A stretch of 64,000 nt of DNA, taken from the human T2T-CHM13v2.0 reference genome, Homo sapiens. Of this stretch, positions 1 through 15,000 are shown in pieces; positions within the stretch are counted from its first letter, which is position 1; each line of letters opens with the position of its first letter. Under the pieces are notes generated by a model. The model was not told where the DNA came from. It was given only the letters and a program-made list of their open reading frames with translations, and made no database searches. The translations under genes and the position numbers were made by a program. The stretch is from assembly GCF_009914755.1 (NCBI RefSeq), contig NC_060925.1; one strand, 5' to 3'.

Positions 1-527
1 CTAATGGAATTGCATGGAATCATCATAAAATGGAATCGAATGGAATCAACATCAAATGGAATCAAATGGAATCATTGAACGGAATTGAATGGAATCGTCA
101 TCGAATGAATTGACTGCAATCATCGAATGGTCTCGAATGGAATCATCTTCAAATGGAATGGAATGGAATCATCGCATAGAATCGAATGGAATTATCATCG
201 AATGGAATCGAATGGAATCAACATCAAATGGAAAAAACGGAATTATCGAATGGAATCGAAGAGAATCATCGAATGGACCCGAATGGAATCATCTAATGGA
301 ATGGAATGGAATAATCCATGGACTCGAATGCAATCATCATCGAATGGAATCGAATGGAATCATCGAATGGACTCGAATGGAATAATCATTGAACGGAATC
401 GAATGGAATCATCATCGGATGGAAATGAATGGAATCATCATCGAATGGAATCGAATAGAATTATGGAATGAAATCCAGTGTGATCATCATCGAATGGACC
501 CGAATGGAATCATCATCCAACGGAAGC

Positions 528-538
528 TAATGGAATCA
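528..538 (+). promoter_or_regulatory. TAATGGAATCA, a match to the DUX4 consensus TAAYBBAATCA (representative site; second site at 1371-1381; about 2 per unit)
   Basis: Exact match to the degenerate consensus in AGCTAATGGAATCAAC and TCTAATGGAATCATT. DUX4 is known to bind and induce HSATII. Occupancy of these particular sites is not shown by the sequence. Confidence 0.45.
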
Positions 539-1282
539 ACATCGAATGAATCGAATGGAAACACCATCGAATTGAAACGAATGGAATTATCATGAAATTG
601 AAATGGATGGACTCATCATCGAATGGATTCGAATGGAATCATCGAATAAAATTGATTGAAATCATCATCGAATGGAATCGAATGGTATCATTGAATGGAA
701 TCGAATGGAATCATCATCAGATGGAAATGAATGGAATTGTCATAGAATGGAATCGAATGGATTCATTGAATGGAATCAGATGGAATCATCGAATGGACTG
801 GAATGGAATCATTGAATGGACTCGAAAGGGATCATGATTGAATGGAATTGAATGGAATCATCGAATGGTCTCGATTGGAATCATTATCAAATGGAATCGA
901 ATGGAATCACCGAATAGAATCGAATGGAACAATCATCGAATGGACTCAAATGGAATTATCCTCAAATGGAATCGAATGGAATTATCGAATGCAATCGAAT
1001 GGAATTATCGAATGCAATCGAATAGAATCATCGAAAGGACTCGAATGGAATCATCGAATGGAATGGAATGGAACAGTCAATGAACTCGAATGGAATCATC
1101 ATTGAATGGAATCGAATGGAATCGTCGAGTGGAATCGAATGGAATTATGATCAAATGGAATCGAATGTAATCATCATCAAATGGAATCAAAAATAACCAT
1201 CATCAATTGGTATTGAATGGAATTGTCATCAAATGGAATTCAAAGGAATCATCATCAAATGGAACCGAATGGAATCCTCATT

Positions 1283-2226
1283 GAATGGAAATGAAAGGGG
1301 TCATCATCTAATGGAATCGCATGGAATCATCATCAAATGGAATCGAATGGAATCATCATCAAATGGAATCTAATGGAATCATTGAAAAGAATTGAATGGA
1401 ATCGTCATCGAATGAATTGAATGCAATCATCGAATGGTCTCGAATGGAATCATCTTCTAATGGAAAGGAATGGAATCATCGCATAGAATCGAATGGAATT
1501 ATCATCGAATGGAATCGAATGGTATCAACACCAAACGGAAAAAAACGGAATTATCGAATGGAATCGAAGAGAATCTTCGAACGGACCCGAATGGAATCAT
1601 CTAATGGAATGGAATGGAATAATCCATGGACTCGAATGCAATCATCATCGAATGGAATCGAATGGAATCATCGAATGGACTCGAATGGAATAATCATTGA
1701 ACGGAATCGAATGGAATCATCATCGGATGGAAACGAATGGAATCATCATCGAATGGAAATGAAAGGAGTCATCATCTAATGGAATTGCATGGAATCATCA
1801 TAAAATGGAATCGAATGGAATCAACATCAAATGGAATCAAATGGAATCATTGAACGGAATTGAATGGAATCGTCATCGAATGAATTGACTGCAATCATCG
1901 AATGGTCTCGAATGGAATCATCTTCAAATGGAATGGAATGGAATCATCGCATAGAATCGAATGGAATTATCATCGAATGGAATCGAATGGAATCAACATC
2001 AAACGGAAAAAAACGGAATTATCGAATGGAATCGAAGAGAATCATCGAATGGACCCGAATGGAATCATCTAATGGAATGGAATGGAATAATCCATGGACT
2101 CGAATGCAATCATCATCGAATGGAATCGAATGGAATCATCGAATGGACTCGAATGGAATAATCATTGAACGGAATCGAATGGAATCATCATCGGATGGAA
2201 ATGAATGGAATCATCATCGAATGGAA
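1283..2226 (+). repeat. Internal 468-bp tandem duplication (subunits A and B) present in every canonical unit
   Basis: Paired 127-aa pseudo-ORFs at 1396 and 1864. About 14 largely fixed diagnostic differences, e.g. GGGGTC/GGAGTC, ATCGC/ATTGC, GAATGC/GACTGC, GGTATCAACACC/GGAATCAACATC, CTTCGAACGG/CATCGAATGG, AAACG/AAATG. Confidence 0.93.
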
Positions 2227-3058
2227 TCGAATAGAATTATGGAATGAAATCCAGTGTGATCATCATCGAATGGACCCGAATGGAATCATCATCCAACGGA
2301 AGCTAATGGAATCAACATCGAATGAATCGAATGGAAACACCATCGAATTGAAACGAATGGAATTATCATGAAATTGAAATGGATGGACTCATCATCGAAT
2401 GGATTCGAATGGAATCATCGAATAAAATTTATTGAAATCATCATCCAATGGAATCGAATGGTATCATTGAATGGAATCGAATGGAATCATCATCAGATGG
2501 AAATGAATGGAATCGTCATAGAATGGAATCGAATGGATTCATTGAATGGAATCAGATGGAATCATCGAATGGACTGGAATGGAATCATTGAATGGACTCG
2601 AAAGGGATCATGATTGAATGGAATTGAATGGAATCATCGAATGGTCTCGATTGGAATCATTATCAAATGGAATCGAATGGAATCACCAAATAGAATCGAA
2701 TGGAACAATCATCGAATGGACTCAAATGGAATTATCCTCAAATGGAATCGAATGGAATTATCGAATGCAATCGAATGGAATTATCGAATGCAATCGAATA
2801 GAATCATCGAAAGGACTCGAATGGAATCATCGAATGGAATGGAATGGAACAGTCAATGAACTCGAATGGAATCATCATTGAATGGAATCGAATGGAATCA
2901 TCGAGTGGAATCGAATGGAATTATGATCAAATGGAATCGAATGTAATCATCATCAAATGGAATCAAAAATAACCATCATCAATTGGTATTGAATGGAATT
3001 GTCATCAAATGGAATTGAAAGGAATCATCATCAAATGGAACCGAATGGAATCCTCATT
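1283..3058 (+). repeat. Representative canonical 1,776-bp unit (A 1283-1750, B 1751-2218, C 2219-3058)
   Basis: GAATGGAAATGAAAGG occurs at 1283 and 1751 (offset 468) and again one period later at 3059. 468+468+840=1776. Confidence 0.92.
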
Positions 3059-6000
3059 GAATGGAAATGAAAGGGGTCATCATCTAATGGAATCGCATGG
3101 AATCATCATCAAATGGAATCGAATGGAATCATCATCAAATGGAATCTAATGGAATCATTGAACAGAATTGAATGGAATCGTCATCGAATGAATTGAATGC
3201 AATCATCGAATGGTCTCGAATGGAATCATCTTCTAATGGAAAGGAATGGAATCATCGCATAGAATCGAATGGAATTATCATCGAATGGAATCGAATGGTA
3301 TCAACACCAAACGGAAAAAAACGGAATTATCGAATGGAATCGAAGAGAATCTTCGAACGGACCCGAATGGAATCATCTAATGGAATGGAATGGAATAATC
3401 CATGGACTCGAATGCAATCATCATCGAATGGAATGGAATGGAATCATCGAATGGACTCGAATGGAATAATCATTGAACGGAATCGAATGGAATCATCATC
3501 GGATGGAAACGAATGGAATCATCATCGAATGGAAATGAAAGGAGTCATCATCTAATGGAATTGCATGGAATCATCATAAAATGGAATCGAATGGAATCAA
3601 CATCAAATGGAATCAAATGGAATCATTGAACGGAATTGAATGGAATCGTCATCGAATGAATTGACTGCAATCATCGAATGGTCTCGAATGGAATCATCTT
3701 CAAATGGAATGGAATGGAATCATCGCATAGAATCGAATGGAATTATCATCGAATGGAATCGAATGGAATCAACATCAAACGGAAAAAAACGGAATTATCG
3801 AATGGAATCGAAGAGAATCATCGAATGGACCCGAATGGAATCATCTAATGGAATGGAATGGAATAATCCATGGACTCGAATGCAATCATCATCGAATGGA
3901 ATCGAATGGAATCATCGAATGGACTCGAATGGAATAATCATTGAACGGAATCGAATGGAATCATCATCGGATGGAAATGAATGGAATCATCATCGAATGG
4001 AATCGAATAGAATTATGGAATGAAATCCAGTGTGATCATCATCGAATGGACCCGAATGGAATCATCATCCAACGGAAGCTAATGGAATCAACATCGAATG
4101 AATCGAATGGAAACACCATCGAATTGAAACGAATGGAATTATCATGAAATTGAAATGGATGGACTCATCATCGAATGGATTCGAATGGAATCATCGAATA
4201 AAATTTATTGAAATCATCATCCAATGGAATCGAATGGTATCATTGAATGGAATCGAATGGAATCATCATCAGATGGAAATGAATGGAATCGTCATAGAAT
4301 GGAATCGAATGGATTCATTGAATGGAATCAGATGGAATCATCGAATGGACTGGAATGGAATCATTGAATGGACTCGAAAGGGATCATGATTGAATGGAAT
4401 TGAATGGAATCATCGAATGGTCTCGATTGGAATCATTATCAAAAGGAATCGAATGGAATCACCGAATAGAATCGAATGGAACAATCATCGAATGGACTCA
4501 AATGGAATTATCCTCAAATGGAATCGAATGGAATTATCGAATGCAATCGAATGGAATTATCGAATGCAATCGAATAGAATCATCGAATGGACTCGAATGG
4601 AATCATCGAATGGAATGGAATGGAACAGTCAATGAACTCGAATGGAATCATCATTGAATGGAATCGAATGGAATCATCGAGTGGAATCGAATGGAATTAT
4701 GATCAAATGGAATCGAATGTAATCATCATCAAATGGAATCAAAAATAACCATCATCAATTGGTATTGAATGGAATTGTCATCAAATGGAATTGAAAGGAA
4801 TCATCATCAAATGGAACCGAATGGAATCCTCATTGAATGGAAATGAAAGGGGTCATCATCTAATGGAATCGCATGGAATCATCATCAAATGGAATCGAAT
4901 GGAATCATCATCAAATGGAATCTAATGGAATCATTGAACAGAATTGAATGGAATCGTCATCGAATGAATTGAATGCAATCATCGAATGGTCTCGAATGGA
5001 ATCATCTTCTAATGGAAAGGAATGGAATCATCGCATAGAATCGAATGGAATTATCATCGAATGGAATCGAATGGTATCAACACCAAACGGAAAAAAACGG
5101 AATTATCGAATGGAATCGAAGAGAATCTTCGAACGGACCCGAATGGAATCATCTAATGGAATGGAATGGAATAATCCATGGACTCGAATGCAATCATCAT
5201 CGAATGGAATGGAATGGAATCATCGAATGGACTCGAATGGAATAATCATTGAACGGAATCGAATGGAATCATCATCGGATGGAAACGAATGGAATCATCA
5301 TCGAATGGAAATGAAAGGAGTCATCATCTAATGGAATTGCATGGAATCATCATAAAATGGAATCGAATGGAATCAACATCAAATGGAATCAAATGGAATC
5401 ATTGAACGGAATTGAATGGAATCGTCATCGAATGAATTGACTGCAATCATCGAATGGTCTCGAATGGAATCATCTTCAAATGGAATGGAATGGAATCATC
5501 GCATAGAATCGAATGGAATTATCATCGAATGGAATCGAATGGAATCAACATCAAACGGAAAAAAACGGAATTATCGAATGGAATCGAAGAGAATCATCGA
5601 ATGGACCCGAATGGAATCATCTAATGGAATGGAATGGAATAATCCATGGACTCGAATGCAATCATCATCGAATGGAATCGAATGGAATCATCGAATGGAC
5701 TCGAATGGAATAATCATTGAACGGAATCGAATGGAATCATCATCGGATGGAAATGAATGGAATCATCATCGAATGGAATCGAATAGAATTATGGAATGAA
5801 ATCCAGTGTGATCATCATCGAATGGACCCGAATGGAATCATCATCCAACGGAAGCTAATGGAATCAACATCGAATGAATCGAATGGAAACACCATCGAAT
5901 TGAAACGAATGGAATTATCATGAAATTGAAATGGATGGACTCATCATCGAATGGATTCGAATGGAATCATCGAATAAAATTTATTGAAATCATCATCCAA

Positions 6001-9000
6001 TGGAATCGAATGGTATCATTGAATGGAATCGAATGGAATCATCATCAGATGGAAATGAATGGAATCGTCATAGAATGGAATCGAATGGATTCATTGAATG
6101 GAATCAGATGGAATCATCGAATGGACTGGAATGGAATCATTGAATGGACTCGAAAGGGATCATGATTGAATGGAATTGAATGGAATCATCGAATGGTCTC
6201 GATTGGAATCATTATCAAAAGGAATCGAATGGAATCACCGAATAGAATCGAATGGAACAATCATCGAATGGACTCAAATGGAATTATCCTCAAATGGAAT
6301 CGAATGGAATTATCGAATGCAATCGAATGGAATTATCGAATGCAATCGAATAGAATCATCGAATGGACTCGAATGGAATCATCGAATGGAATGGAATGGA
6401 ACAGTCAATGAACTCGAATGGAATCATCATTGAATGGAATCGAATGGAATCATCGAGTGGAATCGAATGGAATTATGATCAAATGGAATCGAATGTAATC
6501 ATCATCAAATGGAATCAAAAATAACCATCATCAATTGGTATTGAATGGAATTGTCATCAAATGGAATTCAAAGGAATCATCATCAAATGGAACCGAATGG
6601 AATCCTCATTGAATGGAAATGAAAGGGGTCATCATCTAATGGAATCGCATGGAATCATCATCAAATGGAATCGAATGGAATCATCATCAAATGGAATCTA
6701 ATGGAATCATTGAACAGAATTGAATGGAATCGTCATCGAATGAATTGAATGCAATCATCGAATGGTCTCGAATGGAATCATCTTCTAATGGAAAGGAATG
6801 GAATCATCGCATAGAATCGAATGGAATTATCATCGAATGGAATCGAATGGTATCAACACCAAACGGAAAAAAACGGAATTATCGAATGGAATCGAAGAGA
6901 ATCTTCGAACGGACCCGAATGGAATCATCTAATGGAATGGAATGGAATAATCCATGGACTCGAATGCAATCATCATCGAATGGAATGGAATGGAATCATC
7001 GAATGGACTCGAATGGAATAATCATTGAACGGAATCGAATGGAATCATCATCGGATGGAAACGAATGGAATCATCATCGAATGGAAATGAAAGGAGTCAT
7101 CATCTAATGGAATTGCATGGAATCATCATAAAATGGAATCGAATGGAATCAACATCAAATGGAATCAAATGGAATCATTGAACGGAATTGAATGGAATCG
7201 TCATCGAATGAATTGACTGCAATCATCGAATGGTCTCGAATGGAATCATCTTCAAATGGAATGGAATGGAATCATCGCATAGAATCGAATGGAATTATCA
7301 TCGAATGGAATCGAATGGAATCAACATCAAACGGAAAAAAACGGAATTATCGAATGGAATCGAAGAGAATCATCGAATGGACCCGAATGGAATCATCTAA
7401 TGGAATGGAATGGAATAATCCATGGACTCGAATGCAATCATCATCGAATGGAATCGAATGGAATCATCGAATGGACTCGAATGGAATAATCATTGAACGG
7501 AATCGAATGGAATCATCATCGGATGGAAATGAATGGAATCATCATCGAATGGAATCGAATAGAATTATGGAATGAAATCCAGTGTGATCATCATCGAATG
7601 GACCCGAATGGAATCATCATCCAACGGAAGCTAATGGAATCAACATCGAATGAATCGAATGGAAACACCATCGAATTGAAACGAATGGAATTATCATGAA
7701 ATTGAAATGGATGGACTCATCATCGAATGGATTCGAATGGAATCATCGAATAAAATTGATTGAAATCATCATCCAATGGAATCGAATGGTATCATTGAAT
7801 GGAATCGAATGGAATCATCATCAGATGGAAATGAATGGAATCGTCATAGAATGGAATCGAATGGATTCATTGAATGGAATCAGATGGAATCATCGAATGG
7901 ACTGGAATGGAATCATTGAATGGACTCGAAAGGGATCATGATTGAATGGAATTGAATGGAATCATCGAATGGTCTCGATTGGAATCATTATCAAAAGGAA
8001 TCGAATGGAATCACCGAATAGAATCGAATGGAACAATCATCGAATGGACTCAAATGGAATTATCCTCAAATGGAATCGAATGGAATTATCGAATGCAATC
8101 GAATGGAATTATCGAATGCAATCGAATAGAATCATCGAATGGACTCGAATGGAATCATCGAATGGAATGGAATGGAACAGTCAATGAACTCGAATGGAAT
8201 CATCATTGAATGGAATCGAATGGAATCATCGAGTGGAATCGAATGGAATTATGATCAAATGGAATCGAATGTAATCATCATCAAATGGAATCAAAAATAA
8301 CCATCATCAATTGGTATTGAATGGAATTGTCATCAAATGGAATTCAAAGGAATCATCATCAAATGGAACCGAATGGAATCCTCATTGAATGGAAATGAAA
8401 GGGGTCATCATCTAATGGAATCGCATGGAATCATCATCAAATGGAATCGAATGGAATCATCATCAAATGGAATCTAATGGAATCATTGAACAGAATTGAA
8501 TGGAATCGTCATCGAATGAATTGAATGCAATCATCGAATGGTCTCGAATGGAATCATCTTCTAATGGAAAGGAATGGAATCATCGCATAGAATCGAATGG
8601 AATTATCATCGAATGGAATCGAATGGTATCAACACCAAACGGAAAAAAACGGAATTATCGAATGGAATCGAAGAGAATCTTCGAACGGACCCGAATGGAA
8701 TCATCTAATGGAATGGAATGGAATAATCCATGGACTCGAATGCAATCATCATCGAATGGAATGGAATGGAATCATCGAATGGACTCGAATGGAATAATCA
8801 TTGAACGGAATCGAATGGAATCATCATCGGATGGAAACGAATGGAATCATCATCGAATGGAAATGAAAGGAGTCATCATCTAATGGAATTGCACGGAATC
8901 ATCATCAAATGGAATCGAATGGAATCAACATCAAATGGAATCAAATGGAATCATTGAACGGAATTGAATGGAATCGTCATCGAATGAATTGACTGCAATC

Positions 9001-12000
9001 ATCGAATGGTCTCGAATGGAATCATCTTCAAATGGAATGGAATGGAATCATCGCATAGAATCGAATGGAATTATCATCGAATGGAATCGAATGGAATCAA
9101 CATCAAACGGAAAAAAACGGAATTATCGAATGGAATCGAAGAGAATCATCGAATGGACCCGAATGGAATCATCTAATGGAATGGAATGGAATAATCCATG
9201 GACTCGAATGCAATCATCATCGAATGGAATCGAATGGAATCATCGAATGGACTCGAATGGAATAATCATTGAACGGAATCGAATGGAATCATCATCGGAT
9301 GGAAATGAATGGAATCATCATCGAATGGAATCGAATAGAATTATGGAATGAAATCCAGTGTGATCATCATCGAATGGACCCGAATGGAATCATCATCCAA
9401 CGGAAGCTAATGGAATCAACATCGAATGAATCGAATGGAAACACCATCGAATTGAAACGAATGGAATTATCATGAAATTGAAATGGATGGACTCATCATC
9501 GAATGGATTCGAATGGAATCATCGAATAAAATTGATTGAAATCATCATCCAATGGAATCGAATGGTATCATTGAATGGAATCGAATGGAATCATCATCAG
9601 ATGGAAATGAATGGAATCGTCATAGAATGGAATCGAATGGATTCATTGAATGGAATCAGATGGAATCATCGAATGGACTGGAATGGAATCATTGAATGGA
9701 CTCGAAAGGGATCATGATTGAATGGAATTGAATGGAATCATCGAATGGTCTCGATTGGAATCATTATCAAAAGGAATCGAATGGAATCACCGAATAGAAT
9801 CGAATGGAACAATCATCGAATGGACTCAAATGGAATTATCCTCAAATGGAATCGAATGGAATTATCGAATGCAATCGAATGGAATTATCGAATGCAATCG
9901 AATAGAATCATCGAATGGACTCGAATGGAATCATCGAATGGAATGGAATGGAACAGTCAATGAACTCGAATGGAATCATCATTGAATGGAATCGAATGGA
10001 ATCATCGAGTGGAATCGAATGGAATTATGATCAAATGGAATCGAATGTAATCATCATCAAATGGAATCAAAAATAACCATCATCAATTGGTATTGAATGG
10101 AATTGTCATCAAATGGAATTCAAAGGAATCATCATCAAATGGAACCGAATGGAATCCTCATTGAATGGAAATTAAAGGGGTCATCATCTAATGGAATCGC
10201 ATGGAATCATCATCAAATGGAATCGAATGGAATCATCATCAAATGGAATCTAATGGAATCATTGAACAGAATTGAATGGAATCGTCATCGAATGAATTGA
10301 ATGCAATCATCGAATGGTCTCGAATGGAATCATCTTCTAATGGAAAGGAATGGAATCATCGCATAGAATCGAATGGAATTATCATCGAATGGAATCGAAT
10401 GGTATCAACACCAAACGGAAAAAAACGGAATTATCGAATGGAATCGAAGAGAATCTTCGAACGGACCCGAATGGAATCATCTAATGGAATGGAATGGAAT
10501 AATCCATGGACTCGAATGCAATCATCATCGAATGGAATGGAATGGAATCATCGAATGGACTCGAATGGAATAATCATTGAACGGAATCGAATGGAATCAT
10601 CATCGGATGGAAACGAATGGAATCATCATCGAATGGAAATGAAAGGAGTCATCATCTAATGGAATTGCATGGAATCATCATAAAATGGAATCGAATGGAA
10701 TCAACATCAAATGGAATCAAATGGAAAAATTGAACAGAATTGAATGGAATCGTCATCGAATGAATTGACTGCAATCATCGAATGGTCTAGAATGGAATCA
10801 TCTTCAAATGGAATGGAATGGAATCATCGCATAGAATCGAATGGAATTATCATCGAATGGAATCGAATGGAATCAACATCAAACGGAAAAAAACAGAATT
10901 ATCGTATGGAATCGAAGAGAATCATCGAATGGACCCGAATGGAATCATCTAATGGAATGGAATGGAATAATCCATGGACTCGAATGCAATCATCATCGAA
11001 TGGAATGGAATGGAATCATCGAATGGACTCGAATGGAATAATCATTGAACGGAATCGAATGGAATCATCATCGGATGGAAATGAATGGAATCATCATCGA
11101 ATGGAATCGAATAGAATTATGGAATGAAATCCAGTGTGATCATCATCGAATGGACCCGAATGGAATCATCATCCAACGGAAGCTAATGGAATCAACATCG
11201 AATGAATCGAATGGAAACACCATCGAATTGAAACGAATGGAATTATCATGAAATTGAAATGGATGGACTCATCATCGAATGGATTCGAATGGAATCATCG
11301 AATAAAATTGATTGAAATCATCATCGAATGAAATCGAATGGTATCATTGAATGGAATCGAATGGAATCATCATCAGATGGAAATGAATGGAATCGTCATA
11401 GAATGGAATCGAATGGATTCATTGAATGGAATCAGATGGAATCATCGAATGGACTGGAATGGAATCATTGAATGGACTCGAAAGGGATCATGATTGAATG
11501 GAATTGAATGGAATCATCGAATGGTCTCGATTGGAATCATTATCAAATGGAATCGAATGGAATCACCGAATAGAATCGAATGGAACAATCATCGAATGGA
11601 CTCAAATGGAATTATCCTCAAATGGAATCGAATGGAATTATCGAATGCAATCGAATGGAATTATCGAATGCAATCGAATAGAATCATCGAATGGACTCGA
11701 ATGGAATCATCGAATGGAATGGAATGGAACAGTCAATGAACTCGAATGGAATCATCATTGAATGGAATCGAATGGAATCATCGAGTGGAATTGAATGGAA
11801 TTATGATCAAATGGAATCGATTGTAATCATCATCAAATGGAATCAAAAATAACCATCATCTATTGGTATTGAATGGAATTGTCATCAAATGGAATTCAAA
11901 GGAATCATCATCAAATGGAACCGAATGGAATCCTCATTGAATGGAAATGAAAGGGGTCATCATCTAATGGAATCGCATGGAATCATCATCAAATGGAATC

Positions 12001-15000
12001 GAATGGAATCATCATCAAATGGAATCTAATGGAATCATTGAACAGAATTGAATGGAATCGTCATCGAATGAATTGAATGCAATCATCGAATGGTCTCGAA
12101 TGGAATCATCTTCTAATGGAAAGGAATGGAATCATCGCATAGAATCGAATGGAATTATCATCGAATGGAATCGAATGGTATCAACACCAAACGGAAAAAA
12201 ACGGAATTATCGAATGGAATCGAAGAGAATCTTCGAACGGACCCGAATGGAATCATCTAATGGAATGGAATGGAATAATCCATGGACTCGAATGCAATCA
12301 TCATCGAATGGAATGGAATGGAATCATCGAATGGACTCGAATGGAATAATCATTGAACGGAATCGAATGGAATCATCATCGGATGGAAACGAATGGAATC
12401 ATCATCGAATGGAAATGAAAGGAGTCATCATCTAATGGAATTGCATGGAATCATCATCAAATGGAATCGAATGGAATCAACATCAAATGGAATCAAATGG
12501 AATCATTGAACGGAATTGAATGGAATCGTCATCGAATGAATTGACTGCAATCATCGAATGGTCTCGAATGGAATCATCTTCAAATGGAGTGGAATGGAAT
12601 CATCGCATAGAATCGAATGGAATTATCATCGAATGGAATCGAATGGAATCAACATCAAACGGAAAAAAACGGAATTATCGAATGGAATCGAAGAGAATCA
12701 TCGAATGGACCCGAATGGAATCATCTAATGGAATGGAATGGAATAATCCATGGACTCGAATGCAATCATCATCGAATGGAATCGAATGGAATCATCGAAT
12801 GGACTCGAATGGAATAATCATTGAACGGAATCGAATGGAATCATCATCGGATGGAAATGAATGGAATCATCATCGAATGGAATCGAATAGAATTATGGAA
12901 TGAAATCCAGTGTGATCATCATCGAATGGACCCGAATGGAATCATCATCCAACGGAAGCTAATGGAATCAACATCGAATGAATCGAATGGAAACACCATC
13001 GAATTGAAACGAATGGAATTATCATGAAATTGAAATGGATGGACACATCATCGAATGGATTCGAATGGAATCATCGAATAAAATTGATTGAAATCATCAT
13101 CAAATGGAATCGAATGGTATCATTGAATGGAATCGAATGGAATCATCATCAGATGGAAATGAATGGAATCGTCATAGAATGGAATCGAATGGATTCATTG
13201 AATGGAATCAGATGGAATCATCGAATGGACTGGAATGAAATCATTGAATGGACTCGAAAGGGATCATTATTGAATGGAATTGAATGGAATCATCGAATGG
13301 TCTCGATTGGAATCATTATCAAATGGAATCGAATGGAATCACCGAATAGAATCGAATGGAACAATCATTGAATGGACTCAAATGGAATTATCCTCAAATG
13401 GAATCGAATGGAATTATCGAATGCAATCGAATGGAATTATCGAATGCAATCGAATAGAATCATCGAATGGACTCGAATGGAATCATCGAATGGAATGGAA
13501 TGGAACAGTCAATGAACTCGAATGGAATCATCATTGAATGGAATCGAATGGAATCATCGAGTGGAATCGAATGGAATTATGATCAAATGGAATCGAATGT
13601 AATCATCATCAAATGGAATCAAAAATAACCATCATCAATTGGTATTGAATGGAATTGTCATCAAATGGAATTCAAAGGAATCATCATCAAATGGAACCGA
13701 ATGGAATCCTCATTGAATGGAAATGAAAGGGGTCATCATCTAATGGAATCGCATGGAATCATCATCAAATGGAATCGAATGGAATCATCATCAAATGGAA
13801 TCTAATGGAATCATTGAACAGAATTGAATGGAATCGTCATCGAATGAATTGAATGCAATCATCGAATGGTCTCGAATGGAATCATCTTCTAATGGAAAGG
13901 AATGGAATCATCGCATAGAATCGAATGGAATTATCATCGAATGGAATCGAATGGTATCAACACCAAACGGAAAAAAACGGAATTATCGAATGGAATCGAA
14001 GAGAATCTTCGAACGGACCCGAATGGAATCATCTAATGGAATGGAATGGAATAATCCATGGACTCGAATGCAATCATCATCGAATGGAATGGAATGGAAT
14101 CATCGAATGGACTCGAATGGAATAATCATTGAACGGAATCGAATGGAATCATCATCGGATGGAAACGAATGGAATCATCATCGAATGGAAATGAAAGGAG
14201 TCATCATCTAATGGAATTGCATGGAATCATCATCAAATGGAATCGAATGGAATCAACATCAAATGGAATCAAATGGAATCATTGAACGGAATTGAATGGA
14301 ATCGTCATCGAATGAATTGACTGCAATCATCCAATGGTCTCGAATGGAATCATCTTCAAATGGAATGGAATGGAATCATCGCATAGAATCGAATGGAATT
14401 ATCATCGAATGGAATCGAATGGAATCAACATCAAACGGAAAAAAACGGAATTATCGAATGGAATCGAAGAGAATCATCGAATGGACCCGAATGGAATCAT
14501 CTAATGGAATGGAATGGAATAATCCATGGACTCGAATGCAATCATCATCGAATGGAATCGAATGGAATCATCGAATGGACTCGAATGGAATAATCATTGA
14601 ACGGAATCGAATGGAATCATCATCGGATGGAAATGAATGGAATCATCATCGAATGGAATCGAATAGAATTATGGAATGAAATCCAGTGTGATCATCATCG
14701 AATGGACCCGAATGGAATCATCATCCAACGGAAGCTAATGGAATCAACATCGAATGAATCAAATGGAAACACCATCGAATTGAAACGAATGGAATTATCA
14801 TGAAATTGAAATGGATGGACTCATCATCGAATGGATTCGAATGGAATCATCGAATAAAATTGATTGAAATCATCATCCAATGGAATCGAATGGTATCATT
14901 GAATGGAATCGAATGGAATCATCATCAGATGGAAATGAATGGAATCGTCATAGAATGGAATCGAATGGATTCATTGAATGGAATCAGATGGAATCATCGA

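Noticed and set aside
229-240. First period is 1,775 bp because of A6 instead of A7 (ATGGAAAAAACGG)
   Set aside because: A single homopolymer indel with an adjacent C>T; could be a trivial variant or a sequencing error.
653-664. Short inverted repeat TGATT-GA-AATCA once per unit
   Set aside because: A 5-bp stem is too weak and is expected by chance.
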